This document shows positions 62,526 to 64,000 of a stretch of 64,000 bases of DNA, piece by piece. The translations under genes and the position numbers were made by a program. How positions within the stretch are numbered: the stretch's first letter is position 1; each line of letters opens with the position of its first letter. Source of the stretch: Utricularia gibba (lineage: Eukaryota; Plantae; Magnoliophyta); NCBI GenBank assembly GCA_002189035.1, contig NEEC01000025.1, forward strand, positions 62,001-126,000, in the 5' to 3' direction. The notes beneath the pieces were generated by a model, which worked only from the letters and a program-made list of their open reading frames with translations, was not told the origin of the DNA and did no database searches.

Positions 62526-63052
62526 CTGAGCTGATCTTCGTGCTGCGTATGTGCTCCTCCACTTCTGTTTTACTTGCAGGAGGAAGCTCCCATCTTTGGG
62601 CACAGTAACACACAATAAATCGCAGCACTTGTGAAGTAAGAAATTCTTTAGGCATTGAGGCACACCTGCTGTTGCTTACAGCGGTGGATGTACATATGTA
62701 TTGGCTGCTGCTTGGCAGATGCAACAAATGTGCACTGAGTTGGATGATTATATTTATGTCTCCTGTGGCTACACAGTTCTGCTTTGTAATACTGATCAAA
62801 CTTCAGTGTTGTAAAGTTTGACAAGAATACAACACAAATATCCACAATGACCTGCTTTGCCTTCCCTCTGTCTTCTAGAACTACCTGAAAGGGGTGGAGA
62901 TGGGAAATCAGCCTCTGAGATAACATGATCTCAGTTCACAATCTCAATTCAAATGATGGCTTTATTGCTGATTTTCAGCAAACACCATCATTTAGACAAG
63001 AAGATGAGGGAGGCCACTTGGAGTTTCCTTCATCTCAAAATTGTGATGATCA

Positions 63053-64000
63053 TCAGAAGGGGAAGCCCTTGGTGATGTTCTTTTTGGAGGAATCAGCTAG
63101 CAGGCGAACACACTTTGCATTCTGGTAAGCCTTCGTCAACTCCTCAGCTACTCCATGGATATGGCACTTGATAAAGGCTGAGATGAAACGGTCATCCGAC
63201 ATCCTAAGTGCTCTCAAAAGAGATGGTCCTTTTATTCGAGGCTCCAGTCCCATGTCGTCAAGCAAGCAACCAATCTGAAATCGGGGTCTCAGTTGGCTCT
63301 CCAGATTTGAGTGCAGCAAAAACGGATGGCTAAGCACTACATGGACCGGTAGCTTCATGGTTCCAATGACGAAAGTCATGTTCCTCTGAACCTTATCAAC
63401 TGAGAGTGTCAGCACAACAGGAGAGCGCCCTATCAGATGAAATATCTCCTCTTCAGAGAGACCAAACTTCTCCAAGTTTGTAATCTTTTCACGGATTGTC
63501 TCCAGACGTGAGACAGCAAACAGGGAAACCACATGTTTGTACATCTTTGAGTCCACTGGAACACCTGTTTTCCGTATAAACTGCAGTTTCTCATCATCAA
63601 TACTGGATCTCGGAATCAGGGTTGGGCGAGTCAGGAGCACCTTGATCATGTCCGGTTTGGTGAACCCCAGAGACTCATACATGGAAATGACATCCTTCAG
63701 TTTTTCATGGAAATCATTAGTGAGGAGAGAAGGATTCCTCACCATGGCCTTGACAAGAACTTCTCTCGAACCAAATGTGTCTTCCAGGTATTGGAGGCGA
63801 TCTTTCAATGACAAATTAAACTTGGAGATAAGGAGACGAGGTCGACAATGAACCATCCTCACCAGCTGAGAAGAGTTGATACCCAAATAAGACAATACTT
63901 CAAGCTTCGACTGTAGCATACTGGTGCAGTATCTCCGAAGTGTAGGGCAGCGCTGGAAAATCTTGGAAATGTCACTATCGCTACATCCCCATTGTTTGAA
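63053..64000 (-). CDS. mTERF-family protein, 5' end outside the window
   Basis: Frame stays open to the window edge (FKQWGCSDSDISKIFQRCP...); mTERF repeats RNPSLL, TRPTLIP, GRSPVVLTLSVDKVQRNMTF, HPFLL..NLESQLRPRF. Confidence 0.88.
   Translation of the reverse strand, partial: FKQWGCSDSDISKIFQRCPTLRRYCTSMLQSKLEVLSYLGINSSQLVRMVHCRPRLLISKFNLSLKDRLQYLEDTFGSREVLVKAMVRNPSLLTNDFHEKLKDVISMYESLGFTKPDMIKVLLTRPTLIPRSSIDDEKLQFIRKTGVPVDSKMYKHVVSLFAVSRLETIREKITNLEKFGLSEEEIFHLIGRSPVVLTLSVDKVQRNMTFVIGTMKLPVHVVLSHPFLLHSNLESQLRPRFQIGCLLDDMGLEPRIKGPSLLRALRMSDDRFISAFIKCHIHGVAEELTKAYQNAKCVRLLADSSKKNITKGFPF

Overview
Gene-dense genomic DNA from a flowering plant (eudicot): 21 protein-coding genes in 64 kb (about one per 3 kb), many short GT-AG introns, and no LTR retrotransposon, rRNA, tRNA or CRISPR array that I can recognise. 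Gene order: PLAC8/CNR (3' end outside the window), an uncharacterised plant protein, GATA TF, importin-alpha, class I/II aminotransferase, CTP synthase, DUF1645, ERDJ3B, PLIP-type lipase, SAR1, DUF4228, MSH6, PPR, bromodomain-WD40, CP12, INO80B/PAPA-1, DEAD-box RH24, D27-like, GUN1, PP2C and mTERF (5' end outside the window). The compactness suggests a miniaturised genome such as Lentibulariaceae (inference only). Seven places across six conserved genes (PLAC8, GATA, CTPS, INO80B, RH24 twice, GUN1) each need one extra base, usually a G or C in a short run, to restore the frame. This points to long-read consensus errors rather than pseudogenes, so single-base oddities here need read-level checks. 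I did not find a clearly novel biological system. The best leads are an unexplained transcript-like block at about 4.6-5.4 kb with a signal-peptide-like small ORF, a Gly-to-Asn change in the MSH6 ATPase G-x-STF motif, several very tight divergent or tandem gene junctions, and candidate 3'UTR introns. All exon structures and family assignments were made by eye; no searches were run.
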